NCBI GenBank assembly: GCA_963666735.1
Contig: OY762926.1
Coordinates: forward strand, 1,280,001 to 1,344,000
Origin: Gemmatimonadota bacterium
GTDB lineage: Bacteria > Gemmatimonadota > Gemmatimonadetes > Palauibacterales > Palauibacteraceae
Reading direction: 5' to 3'
DNA: 64,000 nt
Below, piece after piece: positions 62,328 through 64,000 of the stretch (the stretch's first letter is position 1; each line of letters opens with the position of its first letter). A model generated the notes under the pieces. That model worked only from the letters and a program-made list of their open reading frames with translations. It did not search any database and had not been told where the DNA came from. The translations under genes were made by a program, and so were the position numbers.

Positions 62328-64000
62328 ATGGCGTTCCACTCGAAGTTCCAGCGATTCTCCCGGCTTCTCGTATCTCTCCTTCTTCCGCTGGCCCTCGCGA
62401 CGGCCCTTCCACGCACGACCCAGGGACAGTCCGCCTCCGAGCGTGCCGCCGACGCGGCCTCGGTGCTCGAATTCCGGGAACTGGGGCCGGCGATCATGGG
62501 CGGGCGGGTGGCCGACCTCGCGGTCGTGGAGAGCGACCCGCGCATCTTCTACGTCGGCCTCGGCGCGGGCGGCGTGTGGAAGACGACGAACGACGGCATG
62601 ACGTGGGATCCGGTGTTCGACGACCAGCCGACGGCCTCCGTCGGGGCCGTGAGCGTGGCTCCGTCCAACCCGAACCACGTGTGGGTGGGGACGGGCGAAC
62701 CGGCGAACCGCCAGAGTTCGCCGTGGGGCGTCGGCGTCTTCAAGTCGACGGACGCGGGCGGGACATGGACGCACGTGGGGCTCGAGGACACGCGCCATAT
62801 CAGCAGGATCAGGATCGACCCGCGCGATCCCGGCGTCGTCTACGTGGGCGCGATGGGCCACCTGTGGGGCCCGAACGAGGAGCGCGGCCTTTTCAAGACG
62901 ACCGATGGCGGCGCGACGTGGGAGAACATCCTCCACATCGACGAGCACACCGGGATCATCGACCTCGTCATGGACCACAACGACCCGAACACGCTCTTCG
63001 CGGCGACCTACCAGCGGCAGCGCACCGGCTTCGGATTCGCGGCCGGCGGCGGCGGGTCGGGCCTGTGGCGCACGACGGACGGCGGAGAGAGCTGGACCCG
63101 GCTCGAGGAGGGGCTGCCGGAGGGTGAACTGGGCCGCATCGGACTCGACATCTACCGGCGGGACGGCAACCTCGTGTACGCGATCGTGGAGGCGCACGAG
63201 GGCCAGGGCGTGTACCGCTCCACCGACCGCGGCGAAACGTGGGAGTTCATGAGCGACCGCAACCCGCGGCCGATGTATTTCTCCCTCATCCGGATCGACC
63301 CCAACAACCCGGAGCGGATTTACTTGGGCGGCGTCCAGTCATCGGCCTCCGACGACGGGGGCCGCACGTGGTGGCCCGGCAACGCGACGGACCAGATCCA
63401 CTCCGACCACCACGCATTGTGGATCAATCCCGACAATTCGAACCATCTCATCAACGGGAACGACGGCGGGTTGGCCTTCTCGCGCGATGGCTCCGTCACC
63501 TGGCGTTCGATCCGGAACATGGCGATCGGCCAGTTCTACGAGATCGACGTCGACATGAGCGATCCGTACAACGTGTGCGGCGGGCTGCAGGACAACGGCA
63601 ACTGGTGCGCTCCGCACCGGACGCAGTCCACATGGGGCGTGCGCAACCGCGAGTGGACGCACATGTGGTTCGGGGACGGGTTCCACAACCACTCCGACCC
63701 CGAAGATCCGAACATCATGTTTTCGGAGTCGCAGGGCGGGAACATGGCGCGCATCGACGTGGCCACGCGCGAGGGGCAGTCGATCCGGCCTTTTCCGCGC
63801 CCGGCGGGAGATGAGGCGGAGGACGACGAGCCGCGCCGCTACCGCTTCAACTGGGACTCGCCGTTCGCGATCTCGCGCCACGACCGGGGGACGATCTACC
63901 TGGGCGGGAACCACCTCTTCCGGTCGCGGGACCGGGGCGGGAACTGGGAAGAGGCGAGCCCCGACCTCACGAAGCAGATCGACCGCGACACGCTGGAGAT
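62328..64000 (+). CDS. VPS10/BNR (Asp-box) repeat secreted glycosyl-hydrolase-like protein, partial
   Basis: GGAGG RBS, signal peptide, FRELGPAIMGGRVADLAV, GGVWKTTNDGMTW, GVFKSTDAGGTW, further Asp-boxes; open to the window end, hence absent from the ORF track. Confidence 0.9.
   Translation, partial: MAFHSKFQRFSRLLVSLLLPLALATALPRTTQGQSASERAADAASVLEFRELGPAIMGGRVADLAVVESDPRIFYVGLGAGGVWKTTNDGMTWDPVFDDQPTASVGAVSVAPSNPNHVWVGTGEPANRQSSPWGVGVFKSTDAGGTWTHVGLEDTRHISRIRIDPRDPGVVYVGAMGHLWGPNEERGLFKTTDGGATWENILHIDEHTGIIDLVMDHNDPNTLFAATYQRQRTGFGFAAGGGGSGLWRTTDGGESWTRLEEGLPEGELGRIGLDIYRRDGNLVYAIVEAHEGQGVYRSTDRGETWEFMSDRNPRPMYFSLIRIDPNNPERIYLGGVQSSASDDGGRTWWPGNATDQIHSDHHALWINPDNSNHLINGNDGGLAFSRDGSVTWRSIRNMAIGQFYEIDVDMSDPYNVCGGLQDNGNWCAPHRTQSTWGVRNREWTHMWFGDGFHNHSDPEDPNIMFSESQGGNMARIDVATREGQSIRPFPRPAGDEAEDDEPRRYRFNWDSPFAISRHDRGTIYLGGNHLFRSRDRGGNWEEASPDLTKQIDRDTLE

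Overview
This is a high-GC bacterial chromosome segment; gene content and order suggest Gemmatimonadota (inference). About 1-29.4 kb is housekeeping genes, almost all on the minus strand: ftsK, a 5'-truncated comB-like remnant, accC, accB, efp, an M24 peptidase, aroQ, a TPR protein, a PpiD/SurA-like chaperone (plus strand), tatA, a polyprenyl synthase, an LptD-like protein, tatC, nrdR, the tol-pal cluster, hemA, ssb, rimI, tsaB, tsaE, uvrB, rel and radC. About 29.5-41 kb encodes secreted or lipoprotein hydrolases: a CocE/NonD hydrolase, three paralogous Tat-lipoprotein GGT-family enzymes each with its own conserved promoter, a repeat membrane protein, and an MBL/lamin-tail nuclease with a DUF3006-like partner. 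About 41.2-62.3 kb is a defence island with no visible integrase. It contains a three-gene CBASS (CD-NTase, E2-like protein, patatin), an ISL3-disrupted duplicate of the 3' end of a type III res gene, an IS21 remnant and a PLD nuclease. It also contains a 13-kb co-oriented cluster (AAA ATPase, nuclease-STAND-like ATPase, NYN protein, ART-like protein, an N-terminally extended type III Mod, Res), a DUF4268 nuclease-like gene and an orphan PIN toxin. A VPS10/BNR-repeat protein runs off the right end. Two observations stand out. First, a pair of NrdR-box-like 16-mers spaced 32 bp apart overlaps a near-consensus sigma70 promoter directly upstream of the CBASS operon, suggesting dNTP-pool-responsive control of anti-phage immunity. 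Second, a putative ART-toxin partner domain is fused in frame to the type III methyltransferase. Family assignments come from motif recognition only; no database searches were run.
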